Below are positions 43,539 to 53,400 of a stretch of 64,000 nt of DNA, one piece after another. Below the pieces are notes generated by a model that was not told the origin of the DNA, did not search any database, and saw nothing but the letters and a program-made list of their open reading frames with translations. Each line of letters starts with the position of its first letter. The stretch's first letter is position 1. Position numbers and translations under genes: made by a program. The DNA is from Nitrospirota bacterium (GTDB lineage: Bacteria; Nitrospirota; UBA9217): positions 160,001 to 224,000 of the forward strand of contig CAVTRN010000001.1 of assembly GCA_963737155.1 (NCBI GenBank), read 5' to 3'.

Positions 43539-43882
43539 ATGCCATAATATAGCACAATTTCTCTCAAATTGAAAACGTATTATCGAAGTTTAGCAATGCT
43601 TAAAACGACTTTTGGAGGCAGACATTGAAGAATTCGGGATGGTCATTGAACGCTGGCAAAGAATAGCGACTATGCCAGCTTCAGGAATAAAAACTCACTG
43701 CAAAAAACAGCCGGCATTCGTCACGTCCGGCATGATTGGAACCTTCGACAGATAATGCAAGCGGGGTCAGGTAAAATTTCCGTGTAACAGATTGAACTAT
43801 GGACAAAATTCGTTTCAATCCCGTACATGGCGTGATAAAGTAGAAAGGACAAACCAAAGTTTCTCCCTGTCGATGAATCAAA

Positions 43883-44389
43883 TTACATAATCGCCCACAC
43901 TAAGCCTACACTCGCGGCCGAATAATCTGAATGTCTGCCCTGAGTCGAAAAGCTGTATAGATAACCTATGTAAACCAGCACCTGACTGGTTATAGGAATT
44001 GCAACCCCAATCTTAGGGTACAACTCGCCACTGAAATTAACGAGTCCCGCCCCTACTCCCACCTTCAAACCAACTTCAGCAAAAGGCCATAGACGATAAT
44101 CGGTGTCGCAATAGCCCATGCCGAAATCAACTCCATATGTTCCGCTTCCATCTTTTGGTTTGATATCAAATAACCCTACGTGGATCAATGTTCCTGGCTC
44201 GGCAATCCACAAACCCACATTTACGATGTCGCGATTTTTGGTCGCGCTCACCTCAGCGTTAACTCCGGCCATCGCATTGAGAGGAGGCACCCCCTCCTGT
44301 TGCTCCTGCCCATAGGAAGCTCCTGATAACAACAAAAAAAATATAATAAACGTGCCACTCAAAACTTTTCGTTTCGTCAGGTTTTGCAT
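43883..44389 (-). CDS. Exported hypothetical protein, possible small outer-membrane beta-barrel
   Basis: Signal peptide; alternating Gly/aromatic beta-strand pattern. Confidence 0.6.
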   Translation of the reverse strand: MQNLTKRKVLSGTFIIFFLLLSGASYGQEQQEGVPPLNAMAGVNAEVSATKNRDIVNVGLWIAEPGTLIHVGLFDIKPKDGSGTYGVDFGMGYCDTDYRLWPFAEVGLKVGVGAGLVNFSGELYPKIGVAIPITSQVLVYIGYLYSFSTQGRHSDYSAASVGLVWAIM

Positions 44390-44654
44390 ATAATCAATAG
44401 GTTGGGCTCGTGAGATTCTCTATCTTTCTTTTTATGATAGAATACATTCGATCAACTGGCTCGTTCTGCGAATAAACCATGATATTTATCAGCGGAGACT
44501 TTAACTGGTTTTCGTTCCGGTTTCGATAATTCCATTTCACCTCCGTAATAACAATTATCACTTAAAGTCAATAATTACCAGCCGTCGAAATTAACGCGGA
44601 TGAAGACAAGAAGTAATGGTCCAATCGAGATAGCACAGCCAGTTGCGGCAGCAC

Positions 44655-45044
44655 TTATCCCTTCCATTCATGAGCCAATTTTTTTACTTTCGCCGCCATT
44701 TCCGATGTGAAATTCACAATCCCGTGCGCTTCTCGGGCATGCACCGCCATGCCGTCGACAATCAACTCCTCGGTCTGTGCAATGTATTTCCAGTTGCAAT
44801 CCATACCAAGGTCTCTGCACGACACGACCTTGAGCACCGGCTCTACATCTCTTCCGGATGTGTCAATGGGCTCGGACCTGCTGAAAGCCTGTTTTATTTT
44901 GCCAACCATTTCCTGAGTCAAAGCTGGCATGCCGTGAACATCCCGAAGGTGAATTGCCATCACGTCAGTTAACAGCTCTTCCGTCCTCGCAACATGTTTC
45001 CAGCCACAATTGTATCCCAAACTCCTGCATGCAACCTCTCTCAT
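44655..45044 (-). CDS. Tandem DUF1059-domain small metal-binding protein
   Basis: Two copies of CRxLGxxCxW..A.TEEL....AxHxRxxHG; GGAGG RBS before ATG 45044. Confidence 0.85.
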   Translation of the reverse strand: MREVACRSLGYNCGWKHVARTEELLTDVMAIHLRDVHGMPALTQEMVGKIKQAFSRSEPIDTSGRDVEPVLKVVSCRDLGMDCNWKYIAQTEELIVDGMAVHAREAHGIVNFTSEMAAKVKKLAHEWKG

Positions 45045-45273
45045 TGTGCACCTCCCAAGGGTCAACCTTCTCTTTTTTAAATATAGCACGGAAAAAGCTT
45101 CATGTTTCATGCAGAATATTGCGGCATTTTTGGCTGAGCGTAGGTACCAGCTTGCAGGTGGTGTCGAGATAGGCATAATTTTTTGACAACATGTTGAATC
45201 GCAATTGAAGCATGCGGTTGGGAATCCTTCCCGCTTCTTTTGCATCATCCATTCTTAGCAGTAGCTAAAGTTT

Positions 45274-45426
45274 GTGCGCCAAGCGAGCTTATCTAGTCTA
45301 GCCGGGGCTGAGGTTAGCCACCAGCCTAGAACCGCATCCTCATGCAGGGAAGCTACGATTTCCCTGAAACCGGGCGACGGGAGACTTTATCACAGGTGGA
45401 GGTATTGAGCCCAGAAATCAGGATGC
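45274..45426 (+). mobile_element. Probable 5' fragment (domain I) of a group II intron
   Basis: Starts GTGCG; contains TAGCCACCAGCC and GTATTGAGCCCAGAAAT blocks and several stems; no RT ORF or domain V seen. Confidence 0.5.
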
Positions 45427-45683
45427 TCCCTCAGATTAAAATGCCAAAGCTTCAAAAGTCGTTACAAGCGGAAACCGCGGAGAATTAATTTAAAGAAGCT
45501 AGACGGATTAAAGATAAGATTGTCGATGTTCCTCTGGCAGTGCAGTAAGAGCTTTGTCCGTAAATGATGAAGTCTTTTCTCTGACTCCGCGTCGCCAAAA
45601 GGGTTAACGATATCTTCCTCCTCGCGGCGGACGATTAAGCCTGGCGCCAATACTTCGCAGCATCTTTTCAAGACGCATCAAAG

Positions 45684-45893
45684 CTAATTAAAAACGCAGA
45701 TTGTATCGACTACGGCGTGGGCTTCTTCCTTACTCACGTCATCCGTCTGATAATATATATAGTCGTCAACCATATCGCACAGTTCTTTGCGGGGAATGTC
45801 CGGCATCAATTCAAGGACTTCCTCTTTAAATAACTTTGCGGCGTCAGCAGCCATTTCTTTTCTCTCTATTCTATTCATCATATCTCCCTTCAA
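45684..45893 (-). CDS. Small acidic hypothetical protein
   Basis: Protein-like composition; GGGAG before ATGATG suggests the start is near 45881. Confidence 0.45.
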   Translation of the reverse strand: MKGDMMNRIERKEMAADAAKLFKEEVLELMPDIPRKELCDMVDDYIYYQTDDVSKEEAHAVVDTICVFN

Positions 45894-46204
45894 GGGCCAA
45901 AACCGGCGAATAAATGCCGTCGCTTGCGATACCCATTGGCATCCGTGAAGAAAACAAGTCTATTTTTGTCTTTATTATATCATATTTTCAGTTCGCTTCT
46001 TCGACAGCCAATTAGAGAGTACCAATCGATTGCGGGATGAGCCGGCAAACTGCTGTTCCAGCCTTTGAACCTTATCAATTTACAAACTGTATTGATCGGT
46101 ATCTTCGCATACAATATGCGTCCAATATTGTTGACAAAGTGCCAAGGCAGGCATATATTCATTTTGAAATACGGACACTCAAAGACGCTTGCGGAGAAGG
46201 CCCT

Positions 46205-46549
46205 GTGCCGGTGATACTGCATAATAACCTCAAGATAACCGTTGACGAAGACGGGTTCCTGGTCAATCTTGAAGACTGGTCGGAAACAATAGCGCGCATT
46301 CTCGCTGCGCAGGAAGGCATCACCGAACTGGCGGAAGACCAGCTCGATATCCTGAAATTTATGAGAGATTATTATAATAAATATAAATTCTTTCCGATCG
46401 TACGCTACGTGTGCAAGAACGTCCACCAACCCCGTAACTGCGTCACGGACAAATTTATGGACCCGGTCACGGCCTGGAAGATTGCCGGCTTGCCGAACCC
46501 CGGCGAGGAAGTAATCAAATTCAAAGCGTGGGAGCCGCTCGGGTATTAA
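46205..46549 (+). CDS. TusE/DsrC/DsvC family protein lacking the C-terminal cysteines
   Basis: VDEDGFLVNLEDWS, EGITEL, FMRDYY and AWKIAGLPNP motifs; GTG start at 46205. Confidence 0.85.
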   Translation: MPVILHNNLKITVDEDGFLVNLEDWSETIARILAAQEGITELAEDQLDILKFMRDYYNKYKFFPIVRYVCKNVHQPRNCVTDKFMDPVTAWKIAGLPNPGEEVIKFKAWEPLGY

Positions 46550-46777
46550 ACGATGGGAATAGAAACGGTTAGGGAAATACGCTCCTGTTATGCCTGACTG
46601 ACAAGCCGTCGATGTTAAAAGAGAAGCACCCTGTTGCGATACTGGTCACGGACGTTACGGGCGGCAATTTTTTAATTACGGTTAAGAGCCAACTTCCACG
46701 AGCACTAAAATATCTTGCCTCCTCGCTCAAAAAAATCCGGCGCAGGCCGGTGCATTTAGAGAATTCGTTACCGTGCA

Positions 46778-48988
46778 ATGAGGGAAAAGCCGAAGATGGC
46801 CGAAAGATTTACGCTGAATAAGAAAACATTCAATCCTTGGCACTTCGTCTGGTTTTCCGTCTTGTTTGCGGAAGTCTTCACAGCATTTGCAAATGTCATC
46901 CAGAGTTATGTCTGGTATGGAACGTTTTCGCTGACACTGCTGATCATCGGCTCACTTGATGCTTTGTTTGTTTCCGCCATTGTTGCTTCCATCGTTTTTT
47001 ATACTAACCGATATGCCGCCGAACTCAAGAAAATGAATGAGCAGCTTCAGCGGGAAATTTCAGACCGTGAACGGGCGGAGAAATCGCTTCGGGAGAACGA
47101 ACAACGTCTAAAAATCGCCCTTTTGAACACCAATATTACGGTGTTTGATCAAGACCGGAATTTGCGTTATACTTGGATGTTTCAGCCTGAGCGGGGTTAT
47201 GCTACCGACGAAGTGATCGGCAAAACGGACCATGAACTTTATCCCCGGGAAACCGCAGAGAGCATATCAAACATCAAGCGTCTTGCTCTTGCGAGCAACG
47301 GCGGCGTCCGCGAGGAAATCAGTGCCATTGTAGACAACAAGCCCCTTCTCTATGACCTCATTATCGAGCCGGTGCGAAGCGCGACAGGCGAAGTTGTGGG
47401 CATTACCGGTGCATTACAGGACATCACTGAACGGAAACGGATTGAACGGGTCGTAGAACAGGCGGCACGGGAGTGGAGAGCCGCGATGGATGCATCACAG
47501 GATGTTATCTACCTGCTCGATCTCAACAGGCATGTCCTGCGAGCGAATAAATTATTTTATAAGGTGACGGGACGCGTGCCGGAAACCGCCATTGGCTGCC
47601 ATATCGAAGCAATCATTCATCCCGAAGGCGAGTCAAAACCATGTCCCGTATGTCAGGCACAAATTGAAAAACATGATCTTGTCACAGTTATGGAAAAAGA
47701 CGATGCCGCCAATTTTCTCGGATGGCCTGTTGAAGTCACCATCAAGGCAGTTCGCGATAATCAGGGCCAGCCGGTCAGCATACTGGTAACCCTGCATGAT
47801 CTCTCCCGAAACCGGAAGATTGAGGAAGACAAGGCCAAGCTTGAAGCACAGCTGCATCAGTCGCAAAAACTGGAGGCGGTGGGGCAGCTGGCGGGAGGCA
47901 TTGCACATGATTTTAATAACATGTTGACGGCGATCATCGGTTACGCGACCCTTCTGAGCATGGATGTAGAACCTGACAGCCCGCTAAAACCCTCGGTTGA
48001 CCAGATTCTTGCCACTGCGGAAAAATCTGCCGATCTGACCCGTCAGCTTCTCGCTTTCAGCCGGAAGCAGCTGATCAGCCCCCGGCAGCTAAATTTGAAC
48101 AATCTGATAAATGACCTGAAAATCTTTTTACACAGGATCATCGGTGAAGATATCGATTTCGAGGCTCATCTTGCAGACAGGGACATTATCGTAACCGCTG
48201 ATTCCGGCCAGATGGAACAGGTCCTGGTGAATCTGTGCGCGAATGCCCGGGATGCGATGCCCGATGGCGGATTATTGTCCATCAGTACGGACGTCGTTCG
48301 TCTGGACGACAGATCCCTGAAAACCTACGGACTCGAAAAGCCGGGGCTGTATGCATTGATAACCGCCTCGGACAACGGCATTGGCATGGATGAAAATACA
48401 CGCGAAAAAATATTCGAGCCTTTTTTCACAACAAAAGAGGTTGGAAAAGGGACGGGGCTGGGACTCTCAATTGTGTATGGCATCATCAAGCAGCACAACG
48501 GTGAAATACTGGTATACAGCGAGCCGGGACTTGGAACGACCTTCAAAATATACCTGCCCATAACCGCTTCATCGGTGAAGGACGTAAAAGCGATTGAAAC
48601 TGCAGCGCCACAGGGCGGGACGGAAACGATACTGATTACCGAGGACAGCGAACCGGTCAGATCTCTCACGAGGGACGTGCTTAAGAAATTCGGGTACAGA
48701 GTAATAGAGGCGGTGGATGGCGAAGATGGCATAAAAAAGTTCAGGGAGAATAAAGATTCTGTTCACCTTGTGATCCTTGATGTCGTAATGCCTAAAAAAG
48801 GCGGCAAGCAGGTCGGACAGGAAATGCAAACGATAAAGCCCGAAGTCAAGATTCTCTATACGAGCGGTTACACAACGAATATACTGCAGCAAAAGGACCT
48901 CCTAGCCGATAAAAGTCATTTCATCATAAAGCCGGTCATGCCCTATGAACTTCTCGCGAAGATAAGGACCATGCTGAACGCAGATTAA
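46778..48988 (+). CDS. Membrane-anchored double-PAS hybrid sensor kinase / response regulator
   Basis: Two TM, two PAS; GGIAHDFNN; DNGIGM..FEPFFTTKEVGKGTGLGL; receiver domain. Confidence 0.93.
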   Translation: MREKPKMAERFTLNKKTFNPWHFVWFSVLFAEVFTAFANVIQSYVWYGTFSLTLLIIGSLDALFVSAIVASIVFYTNRYAAELKKMNEQLQREISDRERAEKSLRENEQRLKIALLNTNITVFDQDRNLRYTWMFQPERGYATDEVIGKTDHELYPRETAESISNIKRLALASNGGVREEISAIVDNKPLLYDLIIEPVRSATGEVVGITGALQDITERKRIERVVEQAAREWRAAMDASQDVIYLLDLNRHVLRANKLFYKVTGRVPETAIGCHIEAIIHPEGESKPCPVCQAQIEKHDLVTVMEKDDAANFLGWPVEVTIKAVRDNQGQPVSILVTLHDLSRNRKIEEDKAKLEAQLHQSQKLEAVGQLAGGIAHDFNNMLTAIIGYATLLSMDVEPDSPLKPSVDQILATAEKSADLTRQLLAFSRKQLISPRQLNLNNLINDLKIFLHRIIGEDIDFEAHLADRDIIVTADSGQMEQVLVNLCANARDAMPDGGLLSISTDVVRLDDRSLKTYGLEKPGLYALITASDNGIGMDENTREKIFEPFFTTKEVGKGTGLGLSIVYGIIKQHNGEILVYSEPGLGTTFKIYLPITASSVKDVKAIETAAPQGGTETILITEDSEPVRSLTRDVLKKFGYRVIEAVDGEDGIKKFRENKDSVHLVILDVVMPKKGGKQVGQEMQTIKPEVKILYTSGYTTNILQQKDLLADKSHFIIKPVMPYELLAKIRTMLNAD

Positions 48989-49148
48989 ACCAGATGCCGT
49001 AGCGGGAACGTGAACTCAAGGCAAACCTCGTGAAGGTGGTCTTCGAAACAAAAACAAACCCATCAGGCTTCTGATTTGTTCCTACAGATATTGCCCCCAT
49101 CAGGAACGGCCGCCGTTTTGGCTTACTGAATGAAGAATGATGTTGAAG

Positions 49149-51010
49149 CGGATGTTCCGCCCTCGATATTCAGAAAATCATTTATCTTGCAGCAGGTTAG
49201 GCCTTTTTTTGTCCTAAATATGTAGCCACTAAAATATTCTTATTAATTATAATTATATTGACAAATTGCTTTAATTATGATATTTAAGTAACCACTATGT
49301 ACGTCGACTCCTCTACCGTGAAGCAGGGAAACAAATCCTACACCCGCTATCTTCTCCGGGAGTGCTATCGAGAAAACGGCAAGGTCAAGCACCGCACGAT
49401 TGCAAATCTGAGTTCCTGCTCCGATGCAGAGGTTGCCGCAATCAAGCTCGCCTTGCGCCATAAAGAACAACTTGCCTCTCTCCTTTCCGACAAGATGACT
49501 GTGACTCAAAAGCAAGGGCTTTCGTTCGGCGCGGTATGGCTTGTTTATTCGATTGCTCGCGAATTGGGGATCGTAGAGGCCATGGGAACAACCAGGGAAG
49601 GCAAACTGGCGCTGTGGCAGGTGATTGCGAGAGTCATCGATCAGGGATCGCGGCTGTCAGCGGTGCGATTGGCCGGGGCTCACGCGGCGTGCGATATTTT
49701 GAGCGTGGAGAAGTTCGATGAGAACGATTTATACGACAATCTCGACTGGCTTGCCGAACGTCAGGCAACGATCGAAGATCGTCTTTTTCGAAAACTGCAT
49801 GGAGACGGGAAACCGGGGCTGTTTTTGTACGATGTGACCAGTTCGTATTTGGAAGGGACGGAGAACGAGTTGTCGGCTTTCGGCTACAACCGGGACGGCA
49901 AGAAGGGCAAGCTGCAGATCGTGATTGGGTTGTTATGCGATAACGAAGGTACACCGCTGTCTGTGGAGGTGTTTACCGGCAATACCCAGGATCCCAAGAC
50001 TGTTGGACCGCAGATTAAGAAGGTCGCGGAGCGGTTCGGGGCGAAGGATGTGACGTTTGTGGGCGATCGAGGGATGATCAAGAGCGGTCAAATTGAAGCG
50101 CTGCATGCGGAACCCTACGGGTTTCATTACATCACGGCTATTACCAAGCCGCAGATCGAAAATCTTCTTGCGCGTAATATCATTCAGATGAACCTGTTCG
50201 ATCAAGCGCTTGCGGAGGTCACGACAGATGAGGGGACGCGATATATACTGAGACGCAATCCCGTGAGAGCTGAGGAAATGAAGGCATCCCGGGAGGATAA
50301 GCTCGCATCAGCCCGTAAGATGGTTGACGAGCGGAACCGCTATCTTGAGGAACATCCCAAAGCGAAGGTCGCAATTGCGCTTCGCGCAATAAGTGAACGA
50401 ATGGAACGGCTCAAGATATCCGATTGGGCGAAGGCTTCGGCAACAGACAGGGTACTGTCGATAACCGTAAACGCCGATGCGCTCGGGGAAGCGGAAAAGT
50501 TTGACGGTTGCTATGTGCTGAAGACCGACCTTCCGGTGGAATCCGCAAGCAAAGAAACGATTCATGATCGGTATAAGGATCTAACCTTGGTAGAATCCGC
50601 TTTCCGTACCAGTAAGACAGCGGAATTGGAGGTCCGGCCCATTCATGTGCGGCTCGCGACACGGACGCGTGGCCATGTATTCGTGGTCATGATGGCGTAT
50701 CGGGTTGTGAAGGAGCTGTCCAGGCGATGGAGGCAGTTGGACACAACGGTGCAAGAAGGACTCGATGAGCTTTCAACCTTATGCGCCGTGGAGGTTAGTG
50801 TGAATGGATCGGTCCGCTATAATCGCATACCGGAACCGCGGGAATCGATCGGAAAATTGTTGAACGCAGCCGGAGTACGATTGCCGGAGATATTTCCCAG
50901 CACAGGAGTAAAAGTAACCACTAAGAAGAAGTTGCCTTCAAGAAGAAAATAGACTGTTTTTACAAAATGATGAAATGTTCAAACGCGCCTTTTATTAGGG
51001 GGAACATCCG
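49149..51010 (+). mobile_element. Complete IS1634 family insertion sequence
   Basis: Terminal IRs CGGATGTTCC/GGAACATCCG flanked by 6-bp direct repeats TTGAAG (49143-49148 and 51011-51016). Confidence 0.92.
49297..50952 (+). CDS. IS1634 family DDE transposase
   Basis: YRENGKVKHRTIANLS, LYDVTSSYLEG, FGYNRDGK, VGDRGMI and VESAFRTSK motifs. Confidence 0.95.
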   Translation: MYVDSSTVKQGNKSYTRYLLRECYRENGKVKHRTIANLSSCSDAEVAAIKLALRHKEQLASLLSDKMTVTQKQGLSFGAVWLVYSIARELGIVEAMGTTREGKLALWQVIARVIDQGSRLSAVRLAGAHAACDILSVEKFDENDLYDNLDWLAERQATIEDRLFRKLHGDGKPGLFLYDVTSSYLEGTENELSAFGYNRDGKKGKLQIVIGLLCDNEGTPLSVEVFTGNTQDPKTVGPQIKKVAERFGAKDVTFVGDRGMIKSGQIEALHAEPYGFHYITAITKPQIENLLARNIIQMNLFDQALAEVTTDEGTRYILRRNPVRAEEMKASREDKLASARKMVDERNRYLEEHPKAKVAIALRAISERMERLKISDWAKASATDRVLSITVNADALGEAEKFDGCYVLKTDLPVESASKETIHDRYKDLTLVESAFRTSKTAELEVRPIHVRLATRTRGHVFVVMMAYRVVKELSRRWRQLDTTVQEGLDELSTLCAVEVSVNGSVRYNRIPEPRESIGKLLNAAGVRLPEIFPSTGVKVTTKKKLPSRRK

Positions 51011-51158
51011 TTGAAGAGAGAAATACCACAAAGTTAGAGGAGGGCGTAGAGAGAGGATGACGAAGATTTTTAAAATATCTCAGCTATTATTCATTGCGTT
51101 TTCTCGGTAATTTTTCATGCACTCGGCCTTTCCCGGCCCGGATTGTTTAGGTTCAGGT

Positions 51159-51830
51159 TTATTGAAGGCGGTAGTATTCTTCCATGATTGCGGGACCAGC
51201 ACTCGTGCCGATGCGCTCGGCTCCTGCCTCGACCAGGGAGGCAAGCGTGGCAAGGTCCCTGATCCCGCCCGACGCCTTGATCCGGCATGCGGAGCCGACA
51301 ATTGTTTTGATAAGCCGAACATCCTCTGCAGTAGCCCCGCGGGGTCCGAAACCCGTTGACGTCTTCAAAAACTCGGCGCCGGTCCGCATCGCGATTTCGC
51401 AGAGACGGATGACCTCGTCTTCTGTCAGATATCCAATTTCCAGAATGACCTTGTGCACTTTTTTTGGCGTCATAGCGATGATGTTCGTGATATCCACTTC
51501 CACCGCGTCGAACCTTCCCGACTTTACCATGCCGATGTTGATGACAAAATCGATCTCGCTTGCACCGTTCTTCAAGGCTTCCATGGCCTCGACTATTTTC
51601 ACCGTTGTGGTGTTGGCTCCCAGAGGGAAGCCTGCGACCGCACATACCTTCACCGGCGAACCCGTCAGAATCTCCCCGGCCTGCGCCACATGGCAGCCGT
51701 TCACCACCACCGAGAAAAAACCATACTTTTTTGCGTCTGCGCAAACCGCGGAAAGATCATTGAGCGTGGCATCAGGTCGGACCAGCGTGTGGTCAATCAT
51801 CTGGGCTAGCTGGCCTGCATCTTGAACCAT
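51159..51830 (-). CDS. deoC: Deoxyribose-phosphate aldolase
   Basis: IDHTL, GFPLGA, EIDFVIN, KVILE, FLKTSTGF, IKASGGIR and RIGTS motifs. Confidence 0.96.
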   Translation of the reverse strand: MVQDAGQLAQMIDHTLVRPDATLNDLSAVCADAKKYGFFSVVVNGCHVAQAGEILTGSPVKVCAVAGFPLGANTTTVKIVEAMEALKNGASEIDFVINIGMVKSGRFDAVEVDITNIIAMTPKKVHKVILEIGYLTEDEVIRLCEIAMRTGAEFLKTSTGFGPRGATAEDVRLIKTIVGSACRIKASGGIRDLATLASLVEAGAERIGTSAGPAIMEEYYRLQ

Positions 51831-52678
51831 GCCTGGACCTCTTTTCTATAGGTCTGATGCAGAAGGGACGTGATGGGACCAGGTCTGCCACTGCCCACCG
51901 TCTTCCTGCCGATGGTGGTAACGGGCATAATTTCCATGGTCGTGTTGGTGATAAAGCATTCATCAGCCGCATATAAATTACGGGGCAAGATTGCTGTTTC
52001 CCTGATTGGGATCTTTTTCTTTTTCGCGAGGCGCAGCACAAAATCGCGCGTAATACCTTCAAGAATACCTGCATCAGTTTTGGGAGTGTACAGGTTTCCC
52101 CTCTTGACCATAAATATGTTGCTAATCGTACCCTCGGCCACATGGCCCCGCCAGTTGAGCATGATTCCTTCATAGGCGCCGGCTTTAAGAGACTCGATTT
52201 TCGCCAGGATATTATTCAGGAAGTTCGTGCCCTTGATCGAAGGGTCAAGAGCGAGGGGATGGTTCCTCCGCGTTTTCACGATTGCTACCTTGATGCCCTG
52301 CTCGTAGTATGGCGCGGGATAGTCGTGAAACGGTTTGGCTACAATGACCATCGTCGGAACCGCGCACAGGGCGGGATCGAGACCGAGATCCCCGGGGCCG
52401 CGTGAAATATGCAGGCGTACATAGGCGTCCTGGAGCTTGTTAATATGCAGTGATTCATTCAGCGCCTCGGCAATTTTTTCGAGCGGTAGAGGGAGCCTGA
52501 GCGATATGGCATCCGCAGATCGCTTCAGACGGGTCAGATGCTTCTTGAGGAGAAAGAGCCTGCCCCCGTAAGCTCGCATGGTTTCGTAAATCCCGTCGCC
52601 GTAGAGAAAGCCGTGGTCAAAAACCGAAACCAGGGCCTGTTCCCTGTCCACAAAGTGGCCATTAAGGTAAACGAGCAT
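51806..52678 (-). CDS. Class IV aminotransferase (IlvE / D-amino acid aminotransferase / PabC-like)
   Basis: VSVFDHGFLYGDGIYE, IKGTNFLNNIL, EGTISNIF, ILEGITR and ADECFIT motifs. Confidence 0.93.
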   Translation of the reverse strand: MLVYLNGHFVDREQALVSVFDHGFLYGDGIYETMRAYGGRLFLLKKHLTRLKRSADAISLRLPLPLEKIAEALNESLHINKLQDAYVRLHISRGPGDLGLDPALCAVPTMVIVAKPFHDYPAPYYEQGIKVAIVKTRRNHPLALDPSIKGTNFLNNILAKIESLKAGAYEGIMLNWRGHVAEGTISNIFMVKRGNLYTPKTDAGILEGITRDFVLRLAKKKKIPIRETAILPRNLYAADECFITNTTMEIMPVTTIGRKTVGSGRPGPITSLLHQTYRKEVQAWFKMQAS

Positions 52679-52734
52679 AGCAAAAATTATCATTATTGCA
52701 GAAGGGTGTCAAGAAGGAAAGGACAAAGAAAAGG

Positions 52735-52753
52735 GAGACGGGTCATTCGTCTC
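52735..52753. terminator. Possible bidirectional terminator
   Basis: GAGACG/CGTCTC stem with T-rich runs on both strands. Confidence 0.5.
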
Positions 52754-52883
52754 TTGTTTTCCAGTCCAAGAAGCAGCATAGACGCATTCCGCGGAACACA
52801 TTAGTTTTTGTGCCTGCGTAACGTTGAGGACATCGTTTCTGATTTTATGCTCAGAACATCGTTTACCTTCAAGCATTTAGTAA

Positions 52884-53075
52884 ACCGTGGAACTTAAAAG
52901 AGGGCTTGCCAGCCAAGTCCGCCTGCAGCGCATCGAAGCTTTTCTGTTCGTTGTCGAGAGTGGCTTTTCGCAAGGTGCTGATCTGTCCGATGCTGAACGC
53001 CGGATCTCGGGTCTTCCCGTCCGAAAAAAATTCCCGCTATTTGTTGATGAACCTGCATATATGCTTTTTATCCAT
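52884..53075 (-). pseudogene. Aldehyde dehydrogenase N-terminal remnant
   Basis: MDKKHICRFINK*REFFSDGKTRDPAFSIGQISTLRKATLDNEQKSFDALQADLAGKP resembles a class 3 ALDH start. Confidence 0.65.
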
Positions 53076-53134
53076 GAATGCCTTAATAATGCAAGTGCCT
53101 TAACATTTGCCTCTCACATGCATCTCGATCTGAG

Positions 53135-53400
53135 CCGTTCCTGAAACCATAGTATTTTATTTCCACATACTAGGACGGCAGCCGAACAGTGCTGCTGCCG
53201 GTTAACGTCAGGGCGCATGCCTCTGATTCACCCAAGTCCCGTGATTTTTGAATTGGGATCCCATGCGGCGGTGCACACTCTTTATTGTAGCAAGAGGTGG
53301 CCGCATGGATTGCGCTGTCTTCGTTGATGTAAATTTCGTTTGTGGTTCAGCGCAACCTGAGGAGTCCTGTAAGGACCGCCTTGAGCCGGTCAGGCTAATG
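53135..53400 (-). ncRNA. Putative omegaRNA / reRNA scaffold overlapping the tnpB 3' end
   Basis: Stems CCATGCGG..CCGCATGG, CGGCAGC..GCTGCCG and TAGTAT..ATACTA ending at the right end; 5' boundary approximate. Confidence 0.55.

Noticed and set aside
45274-45440. HEARO / IscB omegaRNA interpretation
   Set aside because: Only short motifs (ACCAGCCT, CTACG, GGATGC) are shared and there is no iscB ORF; the GTGCG start and ATTGAGCC block favour a group II intron relic
45430-45444. CTCAGATTAAAATGC as a target of the predicted TnpB guide CTCAGATCGAGATGC
   Set aside because: Only the first 7 nt are contiguous matches and there is no G-rich TAM; expected by chance
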